Counted from the stretch's first letter, positions 1-9,548 are shown. The stretch: DNA of 64,000 nucleotides from an uncultured Bacteroidales bacterium (GCA_902760865.1 CACWID010000010.1:16864-80863); one strand, 5' to 3'. Translations and numbers: made by a program. Notes: generated from the letters alone by a model not told the origin.

Positions 1-20
1 TTTTGGGGTTTTGTGGGTTT

Positions 21-138
21 TAACCGCCCTGCGGGCGGGAAATTAAACAAATTATTTTTAAAATTTTTATTAATATGAATAAAATATTAATTTTAATTTA
101 AAAATTTGATTAATTTCCCGTGCGTTAGCACGGTTATA
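21..138. repeat. MITE/REP-like extragenic element, copy A (inverted relative to B and C)
   Basis: TAACCGCCCTGCGGGCGGGAAATTAAACAAATT ... AT-only core ... TTGATTAATTTCCCGTGCGTTAGCACGGTTATA. A GC hairpin sits inside each inverted end. Confidence 0.7.
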
Positions 139-189
139 TTTATGACACAGCCTTAGCTGGGGTTTGTCGGTAGCATCAACGCCCCCCGG

Positions 190-235
190 CCCCCTCTAAT
201 CTTAGAGGGGGAGTTGGATTTGTTTTTATTGTATT
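190..235 (+). terminator. hairpin CCCCCTCTAA/TTAGAGGGGG followed by a T-rich tract
   Basis: 10-bp inverted repeat at 190-211, then GATTTGTTTTTATTG. Oriented for a plus-strand transcript coming from off-window. Confidence 0.35.
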
Positions 236-249
236 TATTGTTTTCCTTT

Positions 250-1770
250 TTAGTTTGTCGTGGAGGGGTGGTTGCGGCTGGAGAGGATGAGGAGTAGGGA
301 TGCGCCGAGGCCGTAGTACACGGCGTCGCCGGGCAGGGAGAAGGCGTTGGCGAGTAGCATGGCGGCGACGCCCAGGGGCATCGACAGCAGCACGCCGCTG
401 GGCTTGAAGCGTCCCGGCAGCCACAGGGCGAAGCACAGCGGCAGCAGGATGGCCACGGCGCGCAGGCCGAGCGACAGGAATCCCAGGTCGTTGATGAAGG
501 TGCCGTTGAAGGCGATGGCCGCCAGAAAGGCCATGGCGAGTATCGCGGCGATGGACAGGCGCGTCTGGGCCAGCTGTGACAAGGGGGAGGACTGGATGCC
601 CATGCGGCGCTTGAAGTTGCCGTACACGTCGCGGACTAGAATCGTCGCTGCCCCCAGCGACAGGCCGCTGCCGCAGCCCAGGATGTTGATGAGCATGGTT
701 CCCAGCATCAGTCCGCCCAGCCATGCCGGCAGATGCTGCAACACGAATGACGGGAAGGCCTGTGCCGAGTCGCCGATCACCCCCACGCCAGCGGGCAATG
801 CCTCGCCCGCCGCCTTGAGGGCCGACAGTTCATCGGCCGTGACATAGTGGCCGCGCATGTAGATGCCCACCAGCGTGCATGCCGCGCCGATGATGGGCAT
901 GAACACCGAACACAGCAGCGCCCCGCGGCGGGCCTTGGTTGTGGTAGCCGCCGACCAGATGCACTGTGCGTAGCTCTGGGTACACACCACGCCCAGCACG
1001 AGCGACAGACAGCCGCCCAGGTCCTTGAACACCCCTCGGGCAAAGGGACTGCCGTAGCGGTGATGGATGCTCTCGACGCCAGTCAGGTCATTGAGTCCGG
1101 CAAGGGTGGGGGAAGTGTAGATCGACTCCACGCCGTCGCGCAGGCCCGAGAAACCGCCCGCGATGTGCCACACGACGGCTCCCGCCGCCAGCGAGCACAC
1201 ATACAGCAGGATGAGCTTGACGATGCCTCCCACGCCCGCACTGCGGATGCCGCCGAACAGCACCAGCAGCATGATGAGCACCGCCCCGATGAGGCAGGCC
1301 CACACCGAGGACAAGCCGAAGAGGCTGCCGATCATCGCCGACGAAGACAAGACCTGTGACATGATGCTGATGAAGATGCCGATCAGGAACAGCAGCGAGC
1401 CCACCGTCTCGGCCTTGTGCCCGTATTCACGGCTCACCACCTCGAGCAGCGTCGTGCAGCCGCTGCGCCGCAACGGGCCGGCATACAGCAGTCCGAGCAC
1501 CAGCGACCCCAGTCCGGCGCCGATGGTGAACCACCACGCCGACACACCGTAACAGAAGGCCAGCTGGGCTGTGCCGATGGTGCTCTGTCCGCCCGCCAGG
1601 GTGCCCAGCAGCGCTCCGCACACCATCCAGCTCCCGCTCTTGCCGCCCGTGGTGAAGCTGTGGGCGTCCTTGACGTGGCGCCCCGACAGCCAGCTCACCG
1701 ACAGCAGCAGGGCCACTGTCAGCACGACACCGATGAGATGTATGGTTGATACCATTGGTATAATAAGCAT
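250..1770 (-). CDS. sodium:solute symporter (SSF) family transporter
   Basis: 506-aa ORF with ~13 hydrophobic helices. SSF-like N-terminal region GGKSGSWMVCGALLGTLAGGQSTIGTAQLAF. Substrate cannot be assigned from sequence. Confidence 0.7.
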   Translation of the reverse strand: MLIIPMVSTIHLIGVVLTVALLLSVSWLSGRHVKDAHSFTTGGKSGSWMVCGALLGTLAGGQSTIGTAQLAFCYGVSAWWFTIGAGLGSLVLGLLYAGPLRRSGCTTLLEVVSREYGHKAETVGSLLFLIGIFISIMSQVLSSSAMIGSLFGLSSVWACLIGAVLIMLLVLFGGIRSAGVGGIVKLILLYVCSLAAGAVVWHIAGGFSGLRDGVESIYTSPTLAGLNDLTGVESIHHRYGSPFARGVFKDLGGCLSLVLGVVCTQSYAQCIWSAATTTKARRGALLCSVFMPIIGAACTLVGIYMRGHYVTADELSALKAAGEALPAGVGVIGDSAQAFPSFVLQHLPAWLGGLMLGTMLINILGCGSGLSLGAATILVRDVYGNFKRRMGIQSSPLSQLAQTRLSIAAILAMAFLAAIAFNGTFINDLGFLSLGLRAVAILLPLCFALWLPGRFKPSGVLLSMPLGVAAMLLANAFSLPGDAVYYGLGASLLLILSSRNHPSTTN

Positions 1771-1916
1771 TTAAGGGCCACAAAAGTACTAAAAATTACC
1801 CATTTCGGAGAACTTTTCAGTTTTTCTCGCCCTGCAATCTGCCTATTTCTGAGAAAAAAACCACATTGTTAATAACAATTATGTCCAAAACGCTTGTCCT
1901 ATGGATTAAAAATATG

Positions 1917-1924
1917 TAATTTTG
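1917..1924 (+). promoter_or_regulatory. Bacteroidetes-type -7 promoter box TAATTTTG
   Basis: Exact TAnnTTTG match 54 nt upstream of the ATG at 1978. Confidence 0.6.
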
Positions 1925-1977
1925 TAGGTTGTATATGGTGCGGCTTTAATTATGGAATGTAATTTAACCTAAAAATA

Positions 1978-3990
1978 ATGACAAACATGACAAGATTTAC
2001 TACTCTTTTCTCGCTGATTTTGCTGTCAGCAGTTGTGGCGTTGGCCGGCCCTCGCCACTATTCTAGTAACATCGAGGGTGATGTCAATGCCGACGGTGAC
2101 GTCAACATCGCCGACATCAACGTTGTCACCGATGCCATCTTGAGCTACCGTTGGGACGCCAGGTGTGACGTGAACCACGACGGTGACATCAACATCGCCG
2201 ACATCAACTACCTCATCGACCTGATCTTCAACGGCCCGGCATTGCCGATCGTTGACACGGGCATGTACATGGGCGTGATCGGCTACAACCAGACGCTGAC
2301 CACCAAGGAGATTTCCTATCTCGACTCGACCACCATCGAGGAGTTCAACGCATTTGTCGACGGATTGACCACGCAGCCCGGTAGGCTCCTGTACTACTCT
2401 GTTGACCAGGCCCTGGATGCACTGAACAACGCAATTCTTCCCAAGAACCTGCAGAATGTGGCCGTCGTGACCTTCACGGGCGGTCTGGACCAGGGTTCGC
2501 TGATGATGACCGACAAGTATGAGACCGAGTCAGAGTATGCCCAGGCCATCAGCTCCCGACTGGCCGACGAGCGCATCTATGGCCGTCCCATCAAGGCTTA
2601 CACCATCGGTATGCTCAATCCCACCGTCAAGGACGAGGCTCAGTTCCGTGCCAATCTCTACGCCCTCGCCAGTGACTCGGCCAAGGCAATGGAGGTGAAC
2701 AATATGGCCGGTGTTGCCGCCAGCTTCAACACCGTTGCCGAAGACCTGGTTGCTCACAACATGTCTGAGAATCTGACCCTCGTGTTCCCCGGTGTGGGAA
2801 CCGGTACCCGCATCCGCTTCACCCTCGACGATGTCACCGAGGAGAACGTCGATGAGTCTCAGGTGTACATCGAGGGCGTCTTCTCGCTGAAGAGCCGCAG
2901 CCTGACCAACATCACCTATCATGGCATGACCTGCATGGCCGGTGACAGCGTCGCTGCAACGAGCGAGGACGGCATGTTTGTAACCCTCGTCTTCAACGGC
3001 ATCCAGCTCAACAGCGAGGAGCGCATCAATAAGGACAAGATCCAGGAGTGGTATTGGGTAGAGGACCAGGAGGTATGGGCTGCCAGCACCGAATTCTCGG
3101 CAAGCCGCATCCCCGAGCCCGAGGGCTCCTATGCCAGCGCACTGGTGATGCTCGTGCTCGACTGCAGCTCGGTTGTTGAGGACTGCATGGGCGAGTTGCA
3201 GGCAGCAGCCAACAACTTCGTAGAGCGCATGCAGAACTACACCACCGTCATCATTCCCGACACGATCCCCGGTCTGTACACCGTCAATGGCGTATCCTTC
3301 CAGATGGTCGATGTTGAGGGCGGAACCTTCAAGATGGGTGTTGACAATGAGTATTATGAGGCTGGTGTGGCCAACATTGACGAGCTACCTGCCCACGAGG
3401 TGACCGTTTCCTCGTTCTCGATCGCCGAGACCGAGGTGACCCAGGAACTGTGGAATGCCGTGATGGGCACCAACCCCAGCACCTTTACCGGCGACCTGCA
3501 GCGTCCCGTCGAGAATGTCAGCTGGGAGGACTGCCAGGAGTTTATCACACAACTCAATGCTCTGACAGGTATGAACTTCCGTCTGCCCACCGAGGCTGAG
3601 TGGGAATATGCCGCTCAGGGTGGCAACATGGGCGCAGGTACCTTCTACGCCGGCAGCGATGACATCGATCTCGTCGCTTGGTATTACAGCAATAGCTATA
3701 TTCTCGGCAGCGAGAATCCCGACTACGGAACCCATGCTGTTGCTTCCAAGGAGGCCAATGAACTTGGTCTGTATGACATGACCGGTAACGTGTATGAGTG
3801 GTGCAGCGACTGGTATGGCGCCTACAACGCCGAGTCCCAGACCGATCCCGTCGGTCCCGAGATGGGCAACGAGCGCGTGATCCGTGGTGGTAGCTGGGTC
3901 AGCATCCGCCGCGACAGCCGCAATACCTCACGCAACAGCGAGGCTCCCGAGTATCGCGACTTCCACGTGGGCTTGCGTCTCGCCCTCTGA
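1978..3990 (+). CDS. secreted multidomain protein: N-terminal dockerin-type repeat pair, vWA-like middle, C-terminal FGE-sulfatase (SUMF1/EgtB/PvdO) domain
   Basis: Signal peptide MTNMTRFTTLFSLILLSAVVALAG. Ca-binding repeat pair DVNADGDVNIADIN and DVNHDGDINIADIN. The C-terminus (GGTFKMG...HEVTVSSFSIAETEVTQELW...VSWEDCQEF...RLPTEAEWEYAA...GNVYEWCSDWY...RGGSW) fits the FGE-sulfatase fold signature. Confidence 0.8.
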   Translation: MTNMTRFTTLFSLILLSAVVALAGPRHYSSNIEGDVNADGDVNIADINVVTDAILSYRWDARCDVNHDGDINIADINYLIDLIFNGPALPIVDTGMYMGVIGYNQTLTTKEISYLDSTTIEEFNAFVDGLTTQPGRLLYYSVDQALDALNNAILPKNLQNVAVVTFTGGLDQGSLMMTDKYETESEYAQAISSRLADERIYGRPIKAYTIGMLNPTVKDEAQFRANLYALASDSAKAMEVNNMAGVAASFNTVAEDLVAHNMSENLTLVFPGVGTGTRIRFTLDDVTEENVDESQVYIEGVFSLKSRSLTNITYHGMTCMAGDSVAATSEDGMFVTLVFNGIQLNSEERINKDKIQEWYWVEDQEVWAASTEFSASRIPEPEGSYASALVMLVLDCSSVVEDCMGELQAAANNFVERMQNYTTVIIPDTIPGLYTVNGVSFQMVDVEGGTFKMGVDNEYYEAGVANIDELPAHEVTVSSFSIAETEVTQELWNAVMGTNPSTFTGDLQRPVENVSWEDCQEFITQLNALTGMNFRLPTEAEWEYAAQGGNMGAGTFYAGSDDIDLVAWYYSNSYILGSENPDYGTHAVASKEANELGLYDMTGNVYEWCSDWYGAYNAESQTDPVGPEMGNERVIRGGSWVSIRRDSRNTSRNSEAPEYRDFHVGLRLAL

Positions 3991-4017
3991 TCAGGCACGC
4001 TGACTGAGTGATAACAT

Positions 4018-4064
4018 GTTGCGCCCGGATGATGACGGCTCTCGTCTCATCGGGCGCAACTTTT
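4018..4064 (+). terminator. rho-independent terminator
   Basis: GTTGCGCCCGGATGA...TCATCGGGCGCAAC stem followed by TTTT. Lies 28 nt after the stop at 3990. Confidence 0.7.
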
Positions 4065-4088
4065 GTTGGAACATACCGTTTTTTGTAT

Positions 4089-4096
4089 TACTTTTG
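4089..4096 (+). promoter_or_regulatory. -7 box TACTTTTG
   Basis: TAnnTTTG match 34 nt upstream of the ATG at 4130, just after the terminator at 4018-4064. Confidence 0.6.
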
Positions 4097-4129
4097 TCCA
4101 CGATATTCATCTAAGCCGATACAATTATT

Positions 4130-4924
4130 ATGCTACTGATTATTGCCACTGCATTGTTGCCGGCTCTGTTGCTGGGCTGGTGGATCTATCGCAAGGACTC
4201 CATGCGCCCCGAGCCGCCACAGATGCTTTTCAAGGCCTTCTTCTATGGCATGGGCTCGGCATTCCTCTCCCTGGTGATTACGACCATCATGGGGGTGATG
4301 GGCATCATGGTGTATGACCTGGGCTCCTATGTGGGCGCGGTCTCTACCGCCCTGTTTGCCGCCGCCGTACCCGAGGAAATCGCCAAGCTCACCATGCTGT
4401 GGATTTTCCTGCGCAAGAATCCCTACTATGACGAATACTTCGACGGGATCGTCTATGCCGCCTGTGTCGGCTTGGGGTTTGCCGGAGCCGAGAACATCCT
4501 CTACCTGTTACAGAGCGAAGACTGGGTAGGCACCGGCATCGTGCGCGGCCTCACTGCCGTACCGGCCCACTTTGCCATCGCCTGCGCCATGGGGTACTTC
4601 TACAGCAAGCGCCACTTCGGTGACCGCAGCAACCTCACGGCAGCGTGCATCCTGGGTGTTCCCATCATCATCCATTGGGTCTATGATGCATTGGCCTTCA
4701 GCGAGATGTTGGCCGCCCCGGCCCTGTCGGTCGTGCTCAATATCCTGTTCGTGCTGCTCATCTGGCGGGTCTATAAGAGCACCATGCGCCGCATCGGCGA
4801 CCTGCAGCAGCAGGACCAGGCGCGCATGACGCCACCGCCCGTTCCCGGCAGCCATCGCTCGCCTATGCCGCCCCCGTTGCCTGGCAGCCGCAATGACAAT
4901 AACAATAACACTCCTCTGGCCTGA
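4130..4924 (+). CDS. PrsW-family intramembrane metalloprotease
   Basis: 264 aa, polytopic. PrsW-type motifs PEEIAKL and GFAGAENILY, with a later HWVYDA. Pro-rich C-terminal tail. Confidence 0.7.
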   Translation: MLLIIATALLPALLLGWWIYRKDSMRPEPPQMLFKAFFYGMGSAFLSLVITTIMGVMGIMVYDLGSYVGAVSTALFAAAVPEEIAKLTMLWIFLRKNPYYDEYFDGIVYAACVGLGFAGAENILYLLQSEDWVGTGIVRGLTAVPAHFAIACAMGYFYSKRHFGDRSNLTAACILGVPIIIHWVYDALAFSEMLAAPALSVVLNILFVLLIWRVYKSTMRRIGDLQQQDQARMTPPPVPGSHRSPMPPPLPGSRNDNNNNTPLA

Positions 4925-4946
4925 TGCCGGAGGAGTGTTGTGCTTT

Positions 4947-4982
4947 CTATAGTGGCTATAGTGACTATAGTTCCTATAGCTT
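4947..4982. repeat. 9-nt tandem array CTATAGNNN, 4 units
   Basis: ctatagtgg ctatagtga ctatagttc ctatagctt. Lies between the convergent PrsW-like and S41 peptidase genes. Confidence 0.9.
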
Positions 4983-6626
4983 TTATTTCTCGTTTTTCTT
5001 GACGAGGCGCTCGTAGTCGGGGTTGCCCTCGCGCAGGAGGCGGTCGTAGCGCTCGCGGTCGTTCAGGACGTCATAGGCGGCCTGAACGTCATGGTTGCGG
5101 TGGTTGATGATGATGCTGTAGGCGCCCGAGTCGCCATAGACGTCGCGGGCAATCAGTCCCTTGGCGATGGCCTTGAGCAACTGCTGGCTAGTGCGGAATT
5201 TCTCCTCGTCATACTTGATGCTGTCGTTCTCGCCCATGGCGATGAGGTCGCGCATCATCTCGTCGCTCACCTCGAAGCCTCGGTCAAAGTCCTTGACCGT
5301 CTTGAACTGCTTGGAGATGGACTTGCGGTTCTTGTCCACATACTTGATGGCAAACTGGTTGATGATGCCCTTGGCCGACAGGTCGCGGTAGTAGGTGGAA
5401 TACTCGCTGGTGTCGATGGGAACGTACACGTCGGGCATGACTCCGCCGCCGCCGTAGATGGTGCGGCCGTTCAGGCAGGTCCTGTAGCGCAGCGTGTCAT
5501 TGAACTGGATGCTGTCCAGGCAGTAGTACTCGCCCTCGTTGTAGCGGTCGAGCAGCTCGTTCTCATAGGCCTTCTTGTCACCGCGCTTGTAGGGCTTCTG
5601 GATGCAGCGGCCGCTGGGCGTGTAGTAACGGGCCACGGTCAGGCGCATCATCGAGCCGTCCTCAAACTTGAACGGCCTCTGCACCAGCCCCTTGCCGAAG
5701 GTCCTGCGGCCCACTACCACGGCGCGGTCCCAGTCCTGCATGGCTCCGGCAAAGATTTCGGCTGCCGAGGCCGAGTACTGGTTGACGATGACGACCATGT
5801 GCAGGTCCTTGTAGTCGCCCCATCCGTTGGCATGTGCCTCGTTGCGGGGGCTGTTGTCGCCCTCGGTATAGACCATAAGCTGGTCGCGCTCCAGGAACTC
5901 GTTGCACATGTCGATGGCGGCATTCAGGTAGCCGCCCCCGTTGTCGCTCAGGTCCATGATCAGCTGGGTCATGCCCTGCTTCTTGAGGCCCTTGAGGGCG
6001 TCCATCATCTCCTCGTGGGTCTTGGCACCGAAGCGCGAGATGCGCAGGTAGCCCGTACGCTCGTCGAGCATATAGCTGGCGTCGATGCTGTGTACGGGGA
6101 TGTTGTCACGCGTGATGCGGAAGGTGATCAGTTCCGGTACGCCCGGGCGCTGCACCTTGATGGTGACCTGGGTGCCCTTCTTGCCGCGCAGGCGCTTCTG
6201 GATGTCGCTGTTGCGCATCTTCACGCCGGCGATGACCGTGTCGTTCACATAGATGATGCGGTCGCCGGCCAGCACACCCACGCGCTCGCTGGGCCCACCG
6301 GGCACCGTCTGGATGACGTAGAGCGTGTCCTTGTTCATGTTGAACTGGATGCCCACACCGCTGAACTCACCCTGGAGCGGCTCCTCGAGTTCCTTGGTCT
6401 CCTTGGCGTCGGTATAGGACGAGTGGGGGTCCAGGTTCTCGAGCATGCCCTTGATGGCGTCCTCGACGAGCTTGTCCTCGTTGACCGAGTCCACATACAG
6501 GGTCGAGATGGCATATTCGGCATTCAGCAGCTTCTGCATCGCCTGGGGCATTGAGCGCTGGGCTGTGATGGTAAATGACAGGGCCATAGCCACGGCTACG
6601 GCAACAATTATTCTCTTGTTCATCAT
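4983..6626 (-). CDS. S41 family C-terminal processing (tail-specific) peptidase
   Basis: 547 aa with a signal peptide. PDZ-like segment GGPSERVGVLAGDRIIYVND. Catalytic Ser context NQYSASAAEIFAGA and Lys context GRRTFGKGLVQ. Confidence 0.9.
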   Translation of the reverse strand: MMNKRIIVAVAVAMALSFTITAQRSMPQAMQKLLNAEYAISTLYVDSVNEDKLVEDAIKGMLENLDPHSSYTDAKETKELEEPLQGEFSGVGIQFNMNKDTLYVIQTVPGGPSERVGVLAGDRIIYVNDTVIAGVKMRNSDIQKRLRGKKGTQVTIKVQRPGVPELITFRITRDNIPVHSIDASYMLDERTGYLRISRFGAKTHEEMMDALKGLKKQGMTQLIMDLSDNGGGYLNAAIDMCNEFLERDQLMVYTEGDNSPRNEAHANGWGDYKDLHMVVIVNQYSASAAEIFAGAMQDWDRAVVVGRRTFGKGLVQRPFKFEDGSMMRLTVARYYTPSGRCIQKPYKRGDKKAYENELLDRYNEGEYYCLDSIQFNDTLRYRTCLNGRTIYGGGGVMPDVYVPIDTSEYSTYYRDLSAKGIINQFAIKYVDKNRKSISKQFKTVKDFDRGFEVSDEMMRDLIAMGENDSIKYDEEKFRTSQQLLKAIAKGLIARDVYGDSGAYSIIINHRNHDVQAAYDVLNDRERYDRLLREGNPDYERLVKKNEK

Positions 6627-6651
6627 GTTTATTTCATTCCTTGTTTGGTGG

Positions 6652-6688
6652 AGATAGTGACTATAGTATTAATAGTGACTATAGTGTA
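6652..6688. repeat. 9-nt tandem array (C/A)TATAGTNN, ~4 units
   Basis: gatagtga ctatagtat taatagtga ctatagtgt. Starts 9 nt downstream of the coaD stop. Confidence 0.8.
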
Positions 6689-6696
6689 GATGGCTC

Positions 6697-7194
6697 TTAT
6701 GGTTTCTGGTCGAGTTTGAATCCCTCAGGCAGGTACTTGCTCACGTCCTGGCCATAGCGGTAGAGCTCGCGCACGATGCTGCTGCTGATGTGGCTGTACT
6801 CGGGCAGGGTATAGAGCAGGATGGTCTCGATGCCGCTCAGGCCGCGGTTCACCTCGGCCAGGTGTTTCTCGTTCTCGAAGTCCTGGATCAGGCGCACGCC
6901 GCGCACGATGAACTGGGCACCTACCTCATTGGCGACCTCTACGGTCAGGTTGCTGTAGGTGATGACCTCCACGCGGGGATCGTCCTTGAAAATCTCCTCA
7001 ATCCACGACTTGCGCTGTTCGGCGCTCATGAAGGGGTTCTTGTCGGCATTCACGCCGATGGCGATATAGAATTTGTCGAACAGCGGCAGGGCCCGGCGCA
7101 CGATCGACTCGTGGCCGCGGGTGAAGGGGTCAAAAGATCCCGGGAAAATAGCGATGCGCTTTCCCTCGTTGTCAATGCACTGTGATGTCCTCAT
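6697..7194 (-). CDS. coaD: phosphopantetheine adenylyltransferase
   Basis: 165 aa. Nucleotidyltransferase motif [16 protein letters not shown] and C-terminal ISSSIVRE. Overlaps the upstream parE-like gene by 23 nt. Confidence 0.9.
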   Translation of the reverse strand: MRTSQCIDNEGKRIAIFPGSFDPFTRGHESIVRRALPLFDKFYIAIGVNADKNPFMSAEQRKSWIEEIFKDDPRVEVITYSNLTVEVANEVGAQFIVRGVRLIQDFENEKHLAEVNRGLSGIETILLYTLPEYSHISSSIVRELYRYGQDVSKYLPEGFKLDQKP

Positions 7195-9178
7195 CGTCCT
7201 CGTTCACTAGGTTGTCAATAATAAATCCCTGGCGCTCCATCGTGTTCTTGCCCATGAAGAAGGCCAGCATCTGCTTCACCGAGTCTTCCTTGCGCAGCGA
7301 CACGCGGTCGAGGCGCATATCGGGACCGATAAAGTCCTTGAACTCGTCAGGAGAGATTTCTCCCAGACCTTTGAATCGGGTGATCTCGGCGGCATCACCC
7401 AGCTTGTTGAGTGCAGCCAGGCGCTCCTCGTCGTTGTAGCAGTAGTAGGTCTCCACCTTCTGCGGCTTGGCCTCGCGCTTGCTGGTGCGGTTCTTGCGCT
7501 TGGCGTCTTTCTTGTTGAGCACGCGGAAGAGCGGTGTCTGCAGGATGTACAGGTGGCCCGTCTTGATCAGCTCGGGGCAGAATTGCAGGAAGTAGGTCAA
7601 CAGCAGCAGGCGGATGTGCATGCCATCGACATCGGCATCAGTAGCGATGATGACCTTGTTGTAGCGCAGGCCGTCGATGCCGTCCTCGATGTTTAGGGCC
7701 GACTGCAGCATGGCGAACTCGGCGTTGATGATCACCTTCTTCGGGTCCATGCCGTAGGTGTTCAGCGGCTTGCCTCGCAGCGAGAACACGGCCTGGGTCT
7801 CCACGTCGCGGATCTTGGTGATGCTGCCGCTCGCGCTGAGTCCCTCGGTAATGAAGATGGCGCTCTCACCGCGGCGGTCGTTGTCCTTGGGGGCTCGGGC
7901 GTCGTTGAAGTGGACGCGGCAGTCGCGCAGCTTGTCGTTGTGCAGTGCGGCCTTCTTGACGTTCTCGCGCACTTGCTTGCTCACGCCGGCAATGGCCTTG
8001 CGCTCGCGCTCGTTGTCCTGGATCTTCTTCAGCAGCACCTCGGCCGTTTCGGGCGCCTTGTGCAGGTAGTTGTCCAGTTCGCGCTTGATGAAGTCGTTGA
8101 TATACTTGTAGATTGTCGGGCCGTCTTTCCACATGATGCTGCTGCCCAGCTTGATCTTGGTCTGGGACTCGAACACGGGCTCCTCGACCTTGATGCTGAT
8201 GGCGGCGACGATGCCGTTGCGGATGTCGCTGTACTCGAAGTTCTTGCCGTAGAACTCCTTGATGGTCCTCGACAGGGCCTCGCGGAAGGCGCTCTGGTGG
8301 GTACCGCCCTGGGTTGTGTGCTGGCCGTTGACAAACGAGTAGAACTCCTCGCCGAGCTGTGCGGCATGGGTGATGACCACCTCGATGTCGTCGCCGGTGA
8401 AGTGCATCAGCGGGTAGAGCGGGTCATTGGTCATGTTCTCCTTCACCAGGTCGCTCAAGCCGTTGCGCGAGTGGTACTTCTTGCCGTTGAACACCAGCGT
8501 CAGGCCCGTGTTCAGGTAGGAGTAGTTCTTGATCATCTGCTCGATGATCTCCTCGCGGAAGACGTAGTTCTTAAAGATGCTGGCATCGGGCTTGAAGCGT
8601 ACCAGGGTGCCGTTCTCTTCACCCTCCTCGGCAGCGACGATGCCGCTTTCCTCCTGGGCGAGGCCCTCGTGGTAGAGCACCGACGAGCACTGGCCGTCGC
8701 GCACGCTGCGGATGTAGAACTCGGTAGAGAGCGCGTTGACCGCCTTGATACCGACACCGTTCAGGCCGACGGAACGTTTGTAGGTCTGAGTGTCATACTT
8801 TGCACCGGTGTTCATCTTGGACGAGGCGTCCTTGACCTGATTCAAGGGGATACCGCGACCGAAGTCGTGGATGGTGACCGTGCCCTCGTCGGCGTCCAGG
8901 TCGATGTTGATGACGGGCTTGGCGTAGCCCGTGTTGAACTCGTCGATACTGTTGTCGATGACCTCCTTGATAAGGACATAGATGCCGTCGTCGTTCTGGG
9001 AACCGTCACCCAGCTTGCCGATGTACATGCCCGGGCGCAAGCGTATGTGCTCGCGCGGGGAGAGCGTGATCAGCTCGTCATATCCACCGTTGTCATTGGC
9101 CTGCTGGGGCGCTGGCTGCAGCACGTCGTCCACCTCGGGCTCCTCGGTTATGTCGTGATTCATGTTGTCTTGTGACAT
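7172..9178 (-). CDS. parE: type IIA DNA topoisomerase subunit B (topoisomerase IV ParE-like)
   Basis: 668 aa. GHKL ATPase motifs ([23 protein letters not shown]) and TOPRIM motifs ([19 protein letters not shown]). The ParE-versus-GyrB choice rests on remembered family features and the parE-coaD-peptidase neighbourhood. Confidence 0.75.
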   Translation of the reverse strand: MSQDNMNHDITEEPEVDDVLQPAPQQANDNGGYDELITLSPREHIRLRPGMYIGKLGDGSQNDDGIYVLIKEVIDNSIDEFNTGYAKPVINIDLDADEGTVTIHDFGRGIPLNQVKDASSKMNTGAKYDTQTYKRSVGLNGVGIKAVNALSTEFYIRSVRDGQCSSVLYHEGLAQEESGIVAAEEGEENGTLVRFKPDASIFKNYVFREEIIEQMIKNYSYLNTGLTLVFNGKKYHSRNGLSDLVKENMTNDPLYPLMHFTGDDIEVVITHAAQLGEEFYSFVNGQHTTQGGTHQSAFREALSRTIKEFYGKNFEYSDIRNGIVAAISIKVEEPVFESQTKIKLGSSIMWKDGPTIYKYINDFIKRELDNYLHKAPETAEVLLKKIQDNERERKAIAGVSKQVRENVKKAALHNDKLRDCRVHFNDARAPKDNDRRGESAIFITEGLSASGSITKIRDVETQAVFSLRGKPLNTYGMDPKKVIINAEFAMLQSALNIEDGIDGLRYNKVIIATDADVDGMHIRLLLLTYFLQFCPELIKTGHLYILQTPLFRVLNKKDAKRKNRTSKREAKPQKVETYYCYNDEERLAALNKLGDAAEITRFKGLGEISPDEFKDFIGPDMRLDRVSLRKEDSVKQMLAFFMGKNTMERQGFIIDNLVNEDDEDITVH

Positions 9179-9213
9179 GTTATATCTATCGGTTGTTTTT
9201 GCGTTTTAACTTG

Positions 9214-9221
9214 CAAAGATA
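9214..9221 (-). promoter_or_regulatory. -7 box TATCTTTG (minus strand)
   Basis: Upstream of the parE-like start at 9178. Confidence 0.55.
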
Positions 9222-9408
9222 CTAAAAATCCCGCAAATCACACACTTCCACGCCGATGAATAAGGTTTATTAACTATCTGAGGATCTCGCCGGGAGCAAA
9301 AACAGGCGGGCAGGGAACCGCCATCGGCACTCCCTCCCGCCACCAGCTCGATTTCGACGAAATTTAGCGCTGGTATTCAGGCGGCGTGTCTTAATTGTGA
9401 CTCAGTAA

Positions 9409-9548
9409 TATAACCGTGCTATCGCACGGGAAATTAAACAAATTTTTAAATTAAAATTGATAATACAAACATATTAATAAAAATTTTATAATTAATTTGA
9501 TTAATTTGGCTTCGCCGAGCAAAGGTTCCCGCCCGCAGGGCGGTTATA
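9409..9548. repeat. MITE/REP-like extragenic element, copy B
   Basis: TATAACCGTGCTATCGCACGGGAAATTAAACAAATT ... AT core ... TTGATTAATTT[GGCTTCGCCGAGCAAAGG]TTCCCGCCCGCAGGGCGGTTATA. Confidence 0.7.

Noticed and set aside
5091-6554. 487-aa plus-strand ORF antisense to the S41 peptidase gene. Similar long antisense ORFs occur at 7910-9175, 15994-17955, 21454-22947, 24683-25765, 37074-38759, 39625-40665, 45756-47303 and 51696-53021.
   Set aside because: All lie entirely inside, and antisense to, genes with strong family signatures. Their translations are Ala/Gly/Val/His/Asp/Leu-rich low-information sequences typical of stop-codon-poor shadow frames in G+C-rich DNA. None has promoter, signal or motif support.
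7172-7194. The 23-nt overlap of coaD with the end of the parE-like gene as a possible frameshift or pseudogene.
   Set aside because: Both ORFs are full length with intact motifs. Short overlaps are common in operons, and an alternative later coaD start is not needed.
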